From: Candidatus Omnitrophota bacterium
GTDB lineage: Bacteria > Omnitrophota > Gorgyraeia > Zapsychrales > Zapsychraceae
Reading direction: 5' to 3'
Assembly (NCBI GenBank): GCA_050250375.1
Contig: JBFWOS010000001.1
Span: 894,361 to 958,360 of the forward strand
Length of the DNA stretch: 64,000 nucleotides
Shown: piece after piece, positions 1-9,726 of the stretch
How positions within the stretch are numbered: the stretch's first letter is position 1
Layout of the letters: every line of letters begins with the position of its first letter
Program-made: the position numbers and the translations under genes
Notes under the pieces: model-generated
What the model was told of the DNA's origin: nothing
Database searches by the model: none
The model's input: the letters and a program-made list of their open reading frames with translations, nothing else

Positions 1-395
1 GCTACTGACGGTGAAATATATTTTTTCCCCCTGGCCAGGGTTTTGACGGCCATAATGAACTGCTCATAAGCGTCGTCTTTCAGCAAATATCCGCTGGCCC
101 CGTTTCCCATCGCATGCTTAAAATGTTCATGGTCCTTCAGCATCGTCAGAACCAGGATCTGAATCTTTGGTTTTTGTTTCTTGATCTGCCTGATTGCGGC
201 CAATCCATCCAGATGCGGCATGGAAAGGTCTGTGACGACCACATCACATTTATGTTTTTTGACCAGCTCCAACAGACGCCTTCCATCGCTGGCTTCCGCG
301 ATGATTTCTATCTCGGGATCTTTCCCCAAAAGACTTTTCAGTCCTTCCCGGAATATTTCATGGTCGTCCGCCAGGATAATTTTATACAGCGCCAT
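1..395 (-). CDS. NarL/FixJ-family response regulator, REC domain, 3' end outside window
   Basis: Minus-strand translation from ATG at 393-395 gives MALYKIILADDHEIFREGL...VVVTDLSMPHLDG..., a typical receiver domain. GGAGG lies 6 nt upstream. It overlaps the kinase stop by 14 nt. The LuxR HTH would lie beyond position 1. Confidence 0.8.
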   Translation of the reverse strand, partial: MALYKIILADDHEIFREGLKSLLGKDPEIEIIAEASDGRRLLELVKKHKCDVVVTDLSMPHLDGLAAIRQIKKQKPKIQILVLTMLKDHEHFKHAMGNGASGYLLKDDAYEQFIMAVKTLARGKKYISPSV

Positions 396-1458
396 CGTCC
401 CTCCTGATCGGCAAAGATACCATTATTTTTGTTCCCACGTTCTTTTTTGATTCAATCACGAGTTCCCCTTTCAGCAAAGATGCTCTTTCTCTCATGGTCG
501 ATAATCCCAGCCCCTCCATTTTCTGGCCGTCCGTATCAAATCCGCGCCCGTCATCAGCGATGGTTAACTGGAATCCGTCCTTGTTTTTTCGTAATTTGAT
601 CTCAACTTTCTTAGCCCCTGAGTGGCGGACTATATTATTTAAGGATTCTTGGACGATCCGGTAAAGATTGATACCGTCGGCATAATATCCCTGCGTCCCC
701 TGCTGGTTCAGTGAAAGTTTGATTTCAAGGCCATGGTATTTGCGGTAATCCTCCGTCAAGGCCTTAACCGCGGCCGGCAGCCCGAGGATCTGAAGGGTTG
801 CGGGACTTAAACCTGAAGACAACCGTCGCGTCTTCTCGATAACCGTATTTAAATAACCGATAATCTTGTCATACGATTTCTTAAATTCAATTTCATGCTG
901 GTCGAAGCCGGCCAGGGACGCCTGGATAATCATCTTCAGGGACGCCAGAGATTGTCCGAGGTCATCATGGATTTCCCGCGCGATATAGGCGCGTTCTCTT
1001 TCCTGGACCTGGATGATTTCCTGCGGAAGGGCCCTGATTTCAGCTTCCAGCCCCTTTAAGCGGGAGATGTCGTGCCGGATGGCAACATACTGGTATGGTT
1101 TACTGTCCGCGTCAAGAAACGGTACGATCGTCGTGTCCACCCAATAAAAACTTCCGTCCTTGGCTTTGTTTCGGATTTCTCCCTGCCAGACCGAACCGGA
1201 CGAGATCGTTTTCCATAAATCCTTAAAAAAATCCCGGGAATGATAACCGGAATTTATGATACGGTGATTCTTCCCGATCAGTTCCTGTCTTGAAAATTTG
1301 GATATTTCACAAAATTTATCATTAACTTCCGTGATCGTTCCTTTTTTGTCGGTGATGGCCACAATGGTGGATTGATCCAGGGCAAATTTAATATCGGTTA
1401 ACGACTTGGCCAGTGTTTGCTCAGTCTTTGAATAGTTTTCATGAATCGGCTGGGTCAT
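382..1458 (-). CDS. PAS-domain sensor histidine kinase, HisKA_3/NarX-DegS type
   Basis: PAS-like N-terminus, then H-box REIHDDLGQSL and a HATPase_c region (DDGRGF...GLGLSTMRERA). It is coupled to the downstream LuxR-type regulator. Confidence 0.85.
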   Translation of the reverse strand: MTQPIHENYSKTEQTLAKSLTDIKFALDQSTIVAITDKKGTITEVNDKFCEISKFSRQELIGKNHRIINSGYHSRDFFKDLWKTISSGSVWQGEIRNKAKDGSFYWVDTTIVPFLDADSKPYQYVAIRHDISRLKGLEAEIRALPQEIIQVQERERAYIAREIHDDLGQSLASLKMIIQASLAGFDQHEIEFKKSYDKIIGYLNTVIEKTRRLSSGLSPATLQILGLPAAVKALTEDYRKYHGLEIKLSLNQQGTQGYYADGINLYRIVQESLNNIVRHSGAKKVEIKLRKNKDGFQLTIADDGRGFDTDGQKMEGLGLSTMRERASLLKGELVIESKKNVGTKIMVSLPIRRDDGAV

Positions 1459-1561
1459 AAGGACAAACCTTTATCTCCAAAAATTTTTCAATAGTATCAT
1501 ACCATTTTTACCTTAAACCATAGAGCCATTTCTCAATGATTTTCGTGTTTCCATGGAATGT

Positions 1562-1999
1562 TCAGACAAAACTGTCCATACATCCCTTAATCTTCTTGAT
1601 CTGCCCCATCTTCATTTGCAACGCCATATCCAGGACCTCTTTTGACCGGTCAAACGTTACAATATCCCGCAAATTTTGATAGATCTTGAGCAACTCTTCT
1701 TCATAATCAAATATCTTTTCAAAAAAAGTTTTTGCGGTTACCGGTCCGTTGAGATCAATTCCGTGGACAATATTTTTGTATTCGGGCAGGTTCTTGTGAT
1801 ACTCCAGCTTTTCGTGATGGTTTTGGCTCACCTGGTCCAGGAACTTGATCATCTTCTCCTGATCAGAACTCAACAGAGTAACGGCTTGAACAGCCTCTTC
1901 CTCGGCCAACCGGCTCTTTATTTTCTTATAAAACTTCTGAAGATCTTTTTCCCAGGCCGTTATCATATCAATAATCTGATCCAAACTGTATACCGCCAT
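1562..1999 (-). CDS. hypothetical helical protein
   Basis: 145-aa ORF with an AGGAGA RBS 6 nt upstream of the ATG. I recognise no family. Confidence 0.5.
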   Translation of the reverse strand: MAVYSLDQIIDMITAWEKDLQKFYKKIKSRLAEEEAVQAVTLLSSDQEKMIKFLDQVSQNHHEKLEYHKNLPEYKNIVHGIDLNGPVTAKTFFEKIFDYEEELLKIYQNLRDIVTFDRSKEVLDMALQMKMGQIKKIKGCMDSFV

Positions 2000-2221
2000 A
2001 CCTGTCTCCTTTCCTCAAAAATTAAGTTTGCCTTTCCTTAATTATATAATGACTTTCCCGGTTCAACATCAGGCCATCTACGACGAAAATTACGTATAAA
2101 TACTGATCGGGTTAACCCTTTCTATTCGTCAATGGAGCAGATTAATTTTATGAACTGAACGTTTTTGATGGAAACTGTTTTGGCAGGGATTGTTGGTTCA
2201 CAGGCGGATAAGGAAGAAAGG

Positions 2222-3601
2222 CTAAAGCTTCTTGAATATTTCTTTAATTTTTTCACTTTCCCTGGCATGGTCAACCATCGGCGGCGGATAGTTTGGAGCA
2301 AAAAGCGACCCTGCGCCTCCGCTCCATTGATGAATTTCCTGAGGGGTTAAATCTTTTAATTCGGGGATCCATTTCTTGATATATTTACATTCCGGATCAA
2401 ACCGTTCCTGCTGCCGCCAGGGATTAAAGACCCGGAAATACGGCTGAACATCGCAGCCGGTCGAAGCCACCCATTGCCAGTTGCCGTTGTTGACAAACGG
2501 ATCATAATCAATCAGCTTTTGGGCGAAATACTTCTCTCCCCAGCGCCAATCGATCTGAAGGTCTTTGACCAAAAGCGAGGCCGTGACCATCCGCACCCGA
2601 TTGTGCATAAAACCGGTTGTGTTCAACTCACGCATCCCGGCGTCAACGATTGGAAACCCGGTCCGGCCTTCACACCAGGCCTTAAAATCAGCCTCGTCCT
2701 GACGCCATTTGATTCTGTTATATTTCTCGTGAAACGCGTTTCCCAAAACTTCCGGGTAATGGTACCCCACATGCACAAAAAAATCCCGCCAATACAACTG
2801 CTTAATCAGGGTGTGGATCTTTCCCAGTTTTTCACAAACGGCGTAATAGACCTCACGGATCGATAATGTCCCGAATTTATGGTGGGCGGACAGTCCTGTT
2901 GTTCCCGGGATTGACGGGATGTCGCGTTCGGTGTCATAATTTTTATACCGGGCGATTTCCTTAAGAATTTTCAAACCGTTATTCCGTCCTCCATGAATAA
3001 ATATATTCTCGTTTTCTACCGGCAATACTTTTGAAAATATGTCGTCCCCGGCCTCTTCCGCAACAGGTTTGGTGTAATAATTGGTGTACAGATTATCTAC
3101 GGGTTTCCTGACCTCATTATCCATAGACTTATTCTTGAAAGGGGTATAGACACTGTAAACACCCCCGTCATCCCGCAGGACGTCATAAGGTTCATTCAGC
3201 AGATAATCCGGATAGTCTTTAAAAACGATATGATTTGTTTCACATTCATTCTTGATATTCAAATCACGATGGATGCTGTAAGGAGTGTAATCGTGATTAA
3301 CAAATACCGCGTCGATTCCATGCTCTTTGATTAAAGCCCGTATAATGGCTTTCGTGTTTCCATAAAATAAATACAGCCGGCCTGCTTTCTCTTTTAATTG
3401 GTCATCGAGGTCTGTCAATGATTCAACCATAAATTGAACACAATTTTCACCACGGAAAGGGTTGTTTTCCAGCTGTTGACTGTCAAAAATAAAACTGGGG
3501 AGGACTTCTTCAGATATCTTTAGGGCTTCGATTAAACCGGTGTTGTCGTGTAACCGTAAATCCCTCCGGAATATAAACAATGACTTCTTAAATTGTTTCA
3601 T
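2222..3601 (-). CDS. deoxyribodipyrimidine photolyase / cryptochrome family
   Basis: N-terminal FIFRRDLRLHDN motif and a FAD-binding C-terminal region with WRDFF, WQWVASTG and FNP motifs. Confidence 0.9.
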   Translation of the reverse strand: MKQFKKSLFIFRRDLRLHDNTGLIEALKISEEVLPSFIFDSQQLENNPFRGENCVQFMVESLTDLDDQLKEKAGRLYLFYGNTKAIIRALIKEHGIDAVFVNHDYTPYSIHRDLNIKNECETNHIVFKDYPDYLLNEPYDVLRDDGGVYSVYTPFKNKSMDNEVRKPVDNLYTNYYTKPVAEEAGDDIFSKVLPVENENIFIHGGRNNGLKILKEIARYKNYDTERDIPSIPGTTGLSAHHKFGTLSIREVYYAVCEKLGKIHTLIKQLYWRDFFVHVGYHYPEVLGNAFHEKYNRIKWRQDEADFKAWCEGRTGFPIVDAGMRELNTTGFMHNRVRMVTASLLVKDLQIDWRWGEKYFAQKLIDYDPFVNNGNWQWVASTGCDVQPYFRVFNPWRQQERFDPECKYIKKWIPELKDLTPQEIHQWSGGAGSLFAPNYPPPMVDHARESEKIKEIFKKL

Positions 3602-3648
3602 ATAGATTCCTGATATCCGTTCGCTTCCGGAAGCCGTGCGAAAATCTT

Positions 3649-4920
3649 TCAGATTTCACAGCCGTATTCATCAAGAGATTGTGCAGAATTTTTCGTTTGG
3701 CGTCTATACTTGGAATGGGCCCGGGTAAAGTGTCCGGCCGCCATGGCTGCGGCAATTGAAATTTCCCCTGCCATTGCGACGACCGCGAAAATCTCGGCCA
3801 GCTTCCTGGCCTTATCCTGGCCGTAACACCCCATTAATTCCAGACATTCTTTTTGCGTCGGAAGATGTGTTCCGCCTCCGACCGTACCCACGATCATATT
3901 GGGCATGGATATGCTGACATATAAATCTCCTGTATCCGTCAGTTCTGCACGAGATGTTCCGATCGATGATTCAGCCACACACGCCACGTCCTGCCCGCAG
4001 GCCAGATAAAGCGCGGCCAGGGCGTTGGCAAAATGACCGTTGACTCCGATAGAGCCGCTCTGAATCCCGCCCTGCATGGCCATGAGTGAATATTGGACGA
4101 TATCCCGGGGAGTCACGTGCAGATACTTCTTCACAATTGATTTCTTAATACGCGCTTCAGCTAAAACTTTTTTCCCCCGTCCGGTCAAATGAGACAATGC
4201 CGTGGCTTTCTTGTCTCCGGACATATTCCCGTCGATGTACCATTTCCTGGGCTTGACCGGAGAATTGTCCAGGATGAATTGGCAGACTGCCTCCGTCGCG
4301 ATCGTGATCATATTTTGACCGGCCGCGTCACCGGTAAAATAATGAAAACTGATGAATACATAATTGCCTTCATGGGTTGACTGGATGTCCTGCAGACGGC
4401 CGTACCGGGTCATTGTGCCGACAATCTTCTTGAATGTCTCAAAATTTTCCGAACACCAGGCGATAAAACGGCTGGATTCCACGAGATCGTTAAAAATAAA
4501 ACCAGGAGACCGGGAAATGGAATCGCTGATACACATGACCGTCGCCCCTCCGCTCAGGCTGATCACTTTTGCCCCCCGGTTATAAGACGCGATTAAGGCC
4601 CCTTCCGTGGTCGCCATCGGTACATAAAAATCATTGTTAGCGTAGACCCCGTTTACGCGCAACGGACCGATGATCCCAACAGGAATTTGAAGGAGCCCGA
4701 TGAAGTTCTCAATATTCCCTTCATAGAGGGACGGATTATAGTTGTCGACCTTGCCCGATAAATTCGGCAACTTCTGTTTATCCTTAATCATTGATTTGTC
4801 TTTGGAGAGAGGAAATTCTTCAACCGGTTTTTCACCCAGACGTCCCGATACCCGGTCCAAAACTTCGGTGTCGATTACCGTGTTGATCAAGGTTTTGAAA
4901 TGAGGGTTCGGTGTTGGCAT
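3649..4920 (-). CDS. HMG-CoA reductase (probably class I)
   Basis: MATTEGALIAS and DAAGQNMIT motifs, with GTVGGGT near the C-terminus, characteristic of HMGR. Confidence 0.85.
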   Translation of the reverse strand: MPTPNPHFKTLINTVIDTEVLDRVSGRLGEKPVEEFPLSKDKSMIKDKQKLPNLSGKVDNYNPSLYEGNIENFIGLLQIPVGIIGPLRVNGVYANNDFYVPMATTEGALIASYNRGAKVISLSGGATVMCISDSISRSPGFIFNDLVESSRFIAWCSENFETFKKIVGTMTRYGRLQDIQSTHEGNYVFISFHYFTGDAAGQNMITIATEAVCQFILDNSPVKPRKWYIDGNMSGDKKATALSHLTGRGKKVLAEARIKKSIVKKYLHVTPRDIVQYSLMAMQGGIQSGSIGVNGHFANALAALYLACGQDVACVAESSIGTSRAELTDTGDLYVSISMPNMIVGTVGGGTHLPTQKECLELMGCYGQDKARKLAEIFAVVAMAGEISIAAAMAAGHFTRAHSKYRRQTKNSAQSLDEYGCEI

Positions 4921-4971
4921 ACGATTGATTCCGGCTTGTACGAAATAAACATATACTGATTTAAAAAACTT

Positions 4972-5796
4972 TCAGGTAATTTTTATTTTCCCGGGATTCC
5001 AGGTCGGGACCGGATACTTTAATTTTAGCTGTTTCATCCGGTTAACGATGACTTCGGAAATAATTAAATTGCGGTACCATTTTCCGTTCGCAGGAATGAC
5101 ATACCAGGGGGCGTGCGGACGGCTGGTCTTGGACAAAAGGGTTTCATAGGCCGCCTGATAATCCCCCCAGAATTTCCGTTCTTTCAGATCATCCGGATTG
5201 AACTTCCAGTGTTTTCGCGGGTTATCCACCCGTTCCTGAAGACGATTCTTTTGTTCTTCTTTGCTGATATGCAAATAAAATTTTAAAATGACCATACCTT
5301 CATCCGCCAGCATTTTCTCAAACTGAACAATATGATCATACCGTTTCTTGATTATATCGGCGGATACCAGTTTATGGACCCGGGGGACCAGCACATCTTC
5401 ATAATGACTGCGATTGAAAACGACAATCTTTCCCTTTTCCGGTAATTCCCGGTGGATGCGCCATAAATAATCATGGCTCAATTCACCTTCCGTCGGTTTT
5501 TTGAAAGAAGCCACGCGGACACCCTGGGGATTGACCCCTTCAAAAATATTGCGGATCGTCCCGTCTTTTCCACCGGTATCCAGCGCCTGAAATACAATCA
5601 GTAATTGGAATCGTCCATCCACGTAAAACATATTTTGAAGTTCGATCAACTGGTTTCTCAGGTCTTCGAATTTCTTGATGCCCTGGTCCTTATCCCCTTT
5701 AAAGCAGGCCCGGTCGTCAGGGTCAAAACGGGACAAGTTGATTCGTTTCTGACTTTTTATTAGATACTGGTTCATCATATTTTTTTGACTTATCAT
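4972..5796 (-). CDS. ppk2: polyphosphate kinase 2 (polyphosphate:nucleotide phosphotransferase)
   Basis: Walker A-like ALDTGGKDGTI, FNRSHYEDVLV and PWYVIPANGKWYRN, the classic PPK2 signature. Confidence 0.9.
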   Translation of the reverse strand: MISQKNMMNQYLIKSQKRINLSRFDPDDRACFKGDKDQGIKKFEDLRNQLIELQNMFYVDGRFQLLIVFQALDTGGKDGTIRNIFEGVNPQGVRVASFKKPTEGELSHDYLWRIHRELPEKGKIVVFNRSHYEDVLVPRVHKLVSADIIKKRYDHIVQFEKMLADEGMVILKFYLHISKEEQKNRLQERVDNPRKHWKFNPDDLKERKFWGDYQAAYETLLSKTSRPHAPWYVIPANGKWYRNLIISEVIVNRMKQLKLKYPVPTWNPGKIKIT

Positions 5797-5819
5797 TTTT
5801 TAACAACTAATCCAGTTGA

Positions 5820-6806
5820 TTAATTATTAAAAATGGATTTTAACCCGCCGCCCAATGCCTTTTTTAATCCATCACGGGTCGTATCCCGGATAGCATCTTC
5901 AACCGCGGCATCTGTTTCTTCTTTGATGATGCTGCCTGCCCGATCTGAAATATCTTCGGAATCAGCCGGAAGCGAAGCTGATTTCTTATACTTTTGAGCA
6001 TTCTGAGTTTTTTGGAGGGCATCGTTATATTGCGGATTATTTTGCAATTCCTGCATTTGTTTCATCGCATCCATAAATTCCGGATCATTTTGCAATTCCT
6101 GCATCTGTTTCATGGCCTCCTGAACTTCCGGATCATTTTGCATTTCCAGCATCTGTCCCCGGGCCGCCTGCAATTCCTCGGATGTCGGCATATCCTCAAC
6201 ATCCCCCTCTACGATCTGCGCCCCGGCCGGAAGGGTAAGTTTGGCCAGATCTACCCTGGTATTTTCTTTGAATTCAACCGCCTTAGACGTAAAACTCATT
6301 CCCATCATATTGACCTCTGACTTTAGAGGAACACCTTTATAAACCCACACTTTAAAGTCACCAAAATTCTTTAAATGATAAATGTCCGTATTCTTATTCA
6401 AGACATTTTCTGAACCGATTTTGACTCCGCCGAACGACTTGATCATCTCTTCACTAAAATCTTTTGGCTGCTGGGATTTATTCCCCGTCATTCGCTGCAT
6501 TAATTCTGCCTGATTGTACCGGGTAGCAATATTCGTTGCCGGATCGTAATGGTACGACCATTCTCCATCGATATAATCGACATTCCGGGATGCCTGCGTC
6601 ATACCAAAAACCGTAACGGAATGATCCGTGTATCGGGCTTCTTTTTCCCCATAACTATCCCAGAACAACTCTTCGGTCCCGTTATTGCTTTCATACTTTA
6701 TGTACCCCGACTTTATATCGTAACGCTTGGTGCTTGCCTGAGCCGTAACCGTTGATAGTACCATTAGAGGCAAAACGGCGATGATTATTTTCTTTAAACA
6801 GTTCAT
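5820..6806 (-). CDS. secreted protein with Q/M-rich tandem repeats
   Basis: Signal peptide MNCLKKIIIAVLPLMVLSTVTAQA. Repeats (Q)MQELQNDPE(F/V)..AMKQ occur three times. Confidence 0.6.
   Translation of the reverse strand: MNCLKKIIIAVLPLMVLSTVTAQASTKRYDIKSGYIKYESNNGTEELFWDSYGEKEARYTDHSVTVFGMTQASRNVDYIDGEWSYHYDPATNIATRYNQAELMQRMTGNKSQQPKDFSEEMIKSFGGVKIGSENVLNKNTDIYHLKNFGDFKVWVYKGVPLKSEVNMMGMSFTSKAVEFKENTRVDLAKLTLPAGAQIVEGDVEDMPTSEELQAARGQMLEMQNDPEVQEAMKQMQELQNDPEFMDAMKQMQELQNNPQYNDALQKTQNAQKYKKSASLPADSEDISDRAGSIIKEETDAAVEDAIRDTTRDGLKKALGGGLKSIFNN
6037..6140. repeat. intragenic tandem repeat of about 45 nt, about 2.3 copies
   Basis: ttgcaattcctgcatctgtttcat...ccggatcatt is repeated and encodes the QMQELQNDPE peptide repeats. 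Confidence 0.7.
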
Positions 6807-6893
6807 GAGTTATCCTTTCATAATGATTATTAATATAATTAGCCAATATTTACCCATAAATAAAAATGTCATTAATTTTACACATCAATTTTT

Positions 6894-7322
6894 TCAACAG
6901 CCGCCTTTTGAATCATGCGACGGGGTACAGCTCGGGCATGAATTATCCAGACAATGCGCCGCTACACCTTCATGGAAGTGAAGACTCCAGTCGTACAACG
7001 GTGATTTTGTCTCACAACGAAATGAAGTCCAGTCAAACCATCCGAAACACTGATAACCAAATACGTCATCCTTGATGGATAGCCCCAGTTTCGTATTAAC
7101 TTCCTCAGTCGTTCGCCATATTTCGCCATATTTTGGATAACTCCCGTTTTTTTGCTTGTATTTCTCCATGGCCAATTCGATAAGCCGCAAATTCCTCACC
7201 ACCCGCCTCTCATGATAAAACTGAATGGTTCTCAAATATCCGAAAAATATGACCGCAACCATGATCAACATAACCAGCACACGCAATATTCGTTTTAACA
7301 GAAAGCCCTCTTTAAAAAACAT
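6894..7322 (-). CDS. membrane-anchored Cys-rich protein with a pseudopilin-like helix, no prepilin motif
   Basis: N-terminal TM segment followed by RNLRLIELAMEKYKQKNGSYP, which is GspG-like, and a C-terminal region with 6 Cys (C..C...CPSC). It is a tandem paralogue of the next gene. Confidence 0.55.
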   Translation of the reverse strand: MFFKEGFLLKRILRVLVMLIMVAVIFFGYLRTIQFYHERRVVRNLRLIELAMEKYKQKNGSYPKYGEIWRTTEEVNTKLGLSIKDDVFGYQCFGWFDWTSFRCETKSPLYDWSLHFHEGVAAHCLDNSCPSCTPSHDSKGGC

Positions 7323-7329
7323 ATTTTAA

Positions 7330-7764
7330 TCACCTGCAGCCTTTTCTGGATTTTGGAAAACTAACACAGCTTGGGCAAAAATCGTCAATCGACGGTTGAT
7401 TACTGGCGCAGTGAACTGGTTTACCTTCATGCGCATGCAGTTTCCAGTCGTACAATGGAGACTTAGCTTCACACCGGAACGAAGCCCAGCCGGCATACCC
7501 CATACATTGATAATTGAATGTGTTGTCCTTAATCTTTGTCGCTAGATGATAATTCACGGAATCCGTATTGGCCCAAAGGAGTCCCTGGGCCGGGAAAAAA
7601 ATTATTTTTTTCCTGTATTCCTTCATTGCGGTTTCGAGGATGGTTAGCTGCCGAAATGCCTTTTGTTCATGATAATACTCTCTTATCTTTGTAAAACCAA
7701 AATAAATAATTACTGACAGAAGTAAAGCGCACCCGATACGGATTATCCGTATTTTAATTGTCAT
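7330..7764 (-). CDS. paralogue of the preceding Cys-rich pseudopilin-like membrane protein
   Basis: Same architecture (TM, FRQLTILETAMKEYRKK, then YQCMGYAGWASFRCEAKSPLYDW...HC...CPSC). It is clearly homologous to 6894-7322. Confidence 0.55.
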   Translation of the reverse strand: MTIKIRIIRIGCALLLSVIIYFGFTKIREYYHEQKAFRQLTILETAMKEYRKKIIFFPAQGLLWANTDSVNYHLATKIKDNTFNYQCMGYAGWASFRCEAKSPLYDWKLHAHEGKPVHCASNQPSIDDFCPSCVSFPKSRKGCR

Positions 7765-7843
7765 TATTCAAATGCTCCCGATATTTTCTAATGTGAACCT
7801 GGGATATTCTACAACGATACGCATCCAAATTGGAAAAATATTA

Positions 7844-8572
7844 TTAAGGACAGGCGCGGTTTTCCTTTTGACGAAAAGGCTGCCAATATTCCCGGGCGAA
7901 CTGTTCGGTGTCTTGTCCGATTAAATTTCTCCACCACATCCTGATATCAAAGGCCAATACCCGATAAATTCCACCACTCAAGAAGCGCCGGGCTGATGTC
8001 ACCATGGGTTTTTTGACCAAATATAACCGCCCTACCTTAGAAAGGGCCACGCAAAAATCTGAAGTCTCCATCAATCCAACGTCAGGATAACCTCCGATTT
8101 TAAAAAAGTCTTCCCTCCGAACAAATACTCCCTGATCTCCATAATACCTGGGCCAAATGCGATAACGAATCCGGTTGATGCATTCGACAACCCTGAGGCC
8201 GAATTGCGGTCCATCCAACTTAAACTCGAAAGCTCCTCCAGCGATGCCTTTCTTTGACAATGCTGTAATTATATCCTGATCAAAACCTTCCGGAACTTTG
8301 GAATCCGCATCAAGAAATAGAAATACTTGCCCTTGCGCTATCTTCGCAGCTTTATTCAACAAATAAGACCGTCCCGGAGGAGCTTCAGGGGAGTATATCG
8401 TCGTCACACCAGACCTCTTGGCAATTTCAAGCGTTCCGTCAACCGAACCTCCGTCAGCGACAATGATCTCTTTTAGAATCGAGGTCGTCCCGCACAAACT
8501 GATATTTTTTAGTAAAGCTTCCAAATTTGCAACTTCGTTTAATGCAGGAATGATAATAGATATTTCGGTCAC
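7844..8572 (-). CDS. family-2 glycosyltransferase (GT-A fold)
   Basis: IIIPALNE N-terminus and a DAD motif (FLFLDADS), typical of GT2. Confidence 0.8.
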   Translation of the reverse strand: MTEISIIIPALNEVANLEALLKNISLCGTTSILKEIIVADGGSVDGTLEIAKRSGVTTIYSPEAPPGRSYLLNKAAKIAQGQVFLFLDADSKVPEGFDQDIITALSKKGIAGGAFEFKLDGPQFGLRVVECINRIRYRIWPRYYGDQGVFVRREDFFKIGGYPDVGLMETSDFCVALSKVGRLYLVKKPMVTSARRFLSGGIYRVLAFDIRMWWRNLIGQDTEQFAREYWQPFRQKENRACP

Positions 8573-8695
8573 CTTATTTTCCGATCTATTCTTCTGTGGA
8601 GGTTATACGACAGGAATCTATGCGTCATACCAGTATTTCTGGCAAGAGTTGAAGAAAGCCATCACAATTGACTTAATAAAAAACACATATTAATT

Positions 8696-9436
8696 TTATT
8701 GATACAATTTATCAGGAAATATTTCTTCAATTAATTGGAATAATTCCGGATCGCCTTGTTTTAAAGTCTCACGGCTATTGAATGCGAATCCGCCTTCTTT
8801 AACCGTCTGCTGTTTATCCCACATATTATAATAGACTTCTAATCCGATCCCCAAGTAGGATACTTCCCAATATTTTCTCGGCTGCTCCGGATCAACCAAA
8901 TACGGATTAAACGTCCCTGCCGTAATCGCCCGGGACATCGATTTTCGTAGACGGCTTGACCAGCTTGGAAAGGCCTTATATATCCCGTATTGATAAACCA
9001 AATTAAGCATTTCTTCAATAGTGACATCTTTAACTCCCAACCTCTCCGCTTCGGTTCCCAATGGAATTATTTCCACAATCAAAAATTCCTGCATCGGACA
9101 ATTCTTTAAAATCCGTCCATAGTCCCTATACAATTCATCCAGGTCATCCCCATCTTCCATCAGAATGACCGTTGGGTTAGCTTTGACAATTTCTTGTCGG
9201 ATTTTGCCACCTCCCTTATCATCCCTGACCAAAAGACGATTATAAATATATTTAATATGATTTATAAAATTTTGTTCAGCTTCCGGGACAGCATACAGCA
9301 TAATGTCACCTAAACTCTCTTTTTTCTCAAACAATTCATTAATTTCAGGAGGCGGGCATTCGGCCCGAAGGTTTCGGGCAAAAAAAACAAAAGATATAAA
9401 TAAAAAGCATCCAAATATAGACGATAATTTCTTCAT
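8696..9436 (-). CDS. secreted hypothetical protein
   Basis: Signal peptide MKKLSSIFGCFLFISFVFFA. I recognise no domain. Confidence 0.5.
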   Translation of the reverse strand: MKKLSSIFGCFLFISFVFFARNLRAECPPPEINELFEKKESLGDIMLYAVPEAEQNFINHIKYIYNRLLVRDDKGGGKIRQEIVKANPTVILMEDGDDLDELYRDYGRILKNCPMQEFLIVEIIPLGTEAERLGVKDVTIEEMLNLVYQYGIYKAFPSWSSRLRKSMSRAITAGTFNPYLVDPEQPRKYWEVSYLGIGLEVYYNMWDKQQTVKEGGFAFNSRETLKQGDPELFQLIEEIFPDKLYQ

Positions 9437-9726
9437 AATTACACCTCTTAAAGGATTGATCAGATTTTTTTAATTATATCACAATCTATTTTATTTACAA
9501 AAACGGATAAATTTATCTCTGATCACTTTCGCAAACTATTTGATTTATTCAATAAATTTGATAACATTCTTATAGTTCATTGAATTATGACTGCGTTGGC
9601 TCTGCCATATATCAACTGCCCAGTAGATCGTTTATTTTTACCTTGGAAATTTTAAATCAAATAAGTTTTATTTTATAATAAAATTACTTATAATACGTAA
9701 AACATAGTTATAATATTCTTATTCTA

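Noticed and set aside
114-450. Plus-strand ORFs 114-407 and 181-450
   Set aside because: They are antisense to a clearly recognisable NarL-type receiver domain on the minus strand and have no domain signal of their own.
2474-2866. 130-aa plus-strand ORF
   Set aside because: It is antisense within the photolyase gene.
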